From the human T2T-CHM13v2.0 reference genome, Homo sapiens: 64,000 nt of DNA. Positions 62,491 to 64,000 of this stretch are shown one piece after another. The DNA is taken from the NCBI RefSeq assembly GCF_009914755.1, contig NC_060932.1. One strand, given 5' to 3'. Below the pieces are notes generated by a model. That model was not told the DNA's origin. It saw nothing but the letters and a program-made list of their open reading frames with translations, and did not search any database. Every line of letters starts with the position of its first letter. Positions within the stretch are counted from its first letter, which is position 1. Made by a program: the position numbers and the translations under genes.

Positions 62491-64000
62491 TGGATGTGAG
62501 GTTTCTTAGAATAGACGTAGGAGGTACAGGGGCCCCAGCTCCACAACGTAAGCAGGTCCAAATCAAATGCTTCATGCTTTCTGCCCTGTTTCTTGGAGCT
62601 TCCCTGGTGAAAATATAAGTCTGTAGTTTTGTTTGGAACCCAAGTATTAAGTACCTAGGAGTTTACTTTACTGATGTCCAGCTGTATCCAAAGAAAAATC
62701 CTAAAGTACTAAGAAAAGTGAATTAACTAAATAATTTTTAAATAGTCCTTCCTAGGGAACTTTCTCTCACGCAGCTTTTGGGTAAGAGTTGGAAGGCATC
62801 AGTTCAAGGGCTTAGAGAGACGTTATTTTGTGTCCTTATTTGAAGAATGATCTGTAGACTTGAAACCTTATTATGTTGTGATGGAAGGCAGGGAGGACCT
62901 GAAGGCAAAGCCAGGAATTTCTCAGGAAACAGTTCGGGGTCCACCCTATCCCATGAACAAGTCAGAGCTTTATTATCCAGAGAGGGCTAGAGGTGATTTC
63001 ATCCTGGAAGATTTTCAAAGCTCGCGTCCACCACCGCACGAAAAAATCCATCAATACCCACATTTTTATGGACAAAAAGGCATGTGTCTCCTAAGCCCCT
63101 TGTGGAGACTGATGTACCTGAAGCCCTTTTATGCTCACTTGACTCTTAGTCTAGTCTAGGTGACATTTCTCCTTCATATTTCCTGACATGGAGACCGAGT
63201 TTCAAATACCTAAAAGCACTAGAATCCAAGAATTCTGATTCCACTTCATTTTTTCTATTAATCTTGTCCTGCTACTCCCAACTCCCCATGCTTAGAGATA
63301 TCAAAAGTGCAGCCATATGTGGAATATTAACTGGGTAACAGCAGTATCACGCTGTTCCCCCTCCACCTTACAAAAAGCACAATCTGCAGAACTGTGAGCT
63401 CGGCCTCCACAGAAATGGAAACTCTCAAGCGCTGCCGTGTGGCCATGACAATCCGTGTAGGGGGTCAGAGCTTGGGGTGACCCCAAAGAGCTAAGGTTCC
63501 TTCTTAGCCTTTACTCTCACGATGTGGATTTCATCTGAGGAGTGTCATAAAACAAATCACTGAATTGGGTATCTCTACCAAGAAATGCAGTCCTCCCCTA
63601 TCTCCCTCCCATCCTGACACTCGGCAGAGAGCCTCTGCTGATTTCTAAGCAGCGTGTTATGCCTGCGATCAACCACGTGCTAAAAGATAATGCTGAAAAT
63701 GACCAGACAGTAGACTGTGAGCACGTCCACGCCCAGGATTCATTTGAAGGGGTTTGTCAAGTCTGGAGGTCTCATCCTGGCTTGGTGGAATCCCAGATTC
63801 CCCTGTGGAGCAGACTGGAGAATCCAAGTGTGAAACCACATTTTTGAATCCAGATGCAGCTGCCTCCCTTCACCCTGAAGGTTGACATTTAGAAGCACTT
63901 ACAAAGCACAAGGAAGTGTGAATAGCAACTGGATTCTGAAAGTAAAACCTCCTGCTTTGAACCTCATTTGCATGCTTTTTTCCCCCAGATTGTTGCAACC

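Overview
Primate (almost certainly human) genomic DNA rich in Alu, L1, MaLR and DNA-transposon remnants. It contains the three coding exons (4458-4611, 10938-11111, 19300-20336; 1365 nt, 454 aa, + strand) and an apparently ~7.7 kb 3'UTR of TRMT9B/KIAA1456, a Trm9/ALKBH8-like SAM-dependent methyltransferase. About 36 kb of repeat-rich intergenic sequence follows. Main observations: (1) a 29-bp x5 tandem repeat copies the exon end and 5' splice site of the first coding exon, so every downstream donor adds an in-frame TAG, a candidate copy-number-tuned poison-splicing switch; (2) a TSD-flanked chimeric retro-insertion (L1 3'UTR fragment fused to what I recognise as the PRRC2A stop codon and 3'UTR) lies in sense in the TRMT9B 3'UTR and supplies an AATAAA; (3) a full-length U6 copy is fused to an unidentified polyadenylated 3' end; (4) a 3'-truncated U3 retrocopy is nested in a hAT element; (5) inverted Alus lie in the 3'UTR. 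Gene and repeat names come from memory of consensus sequences, not from searches, and repeat boundaries are approximate.
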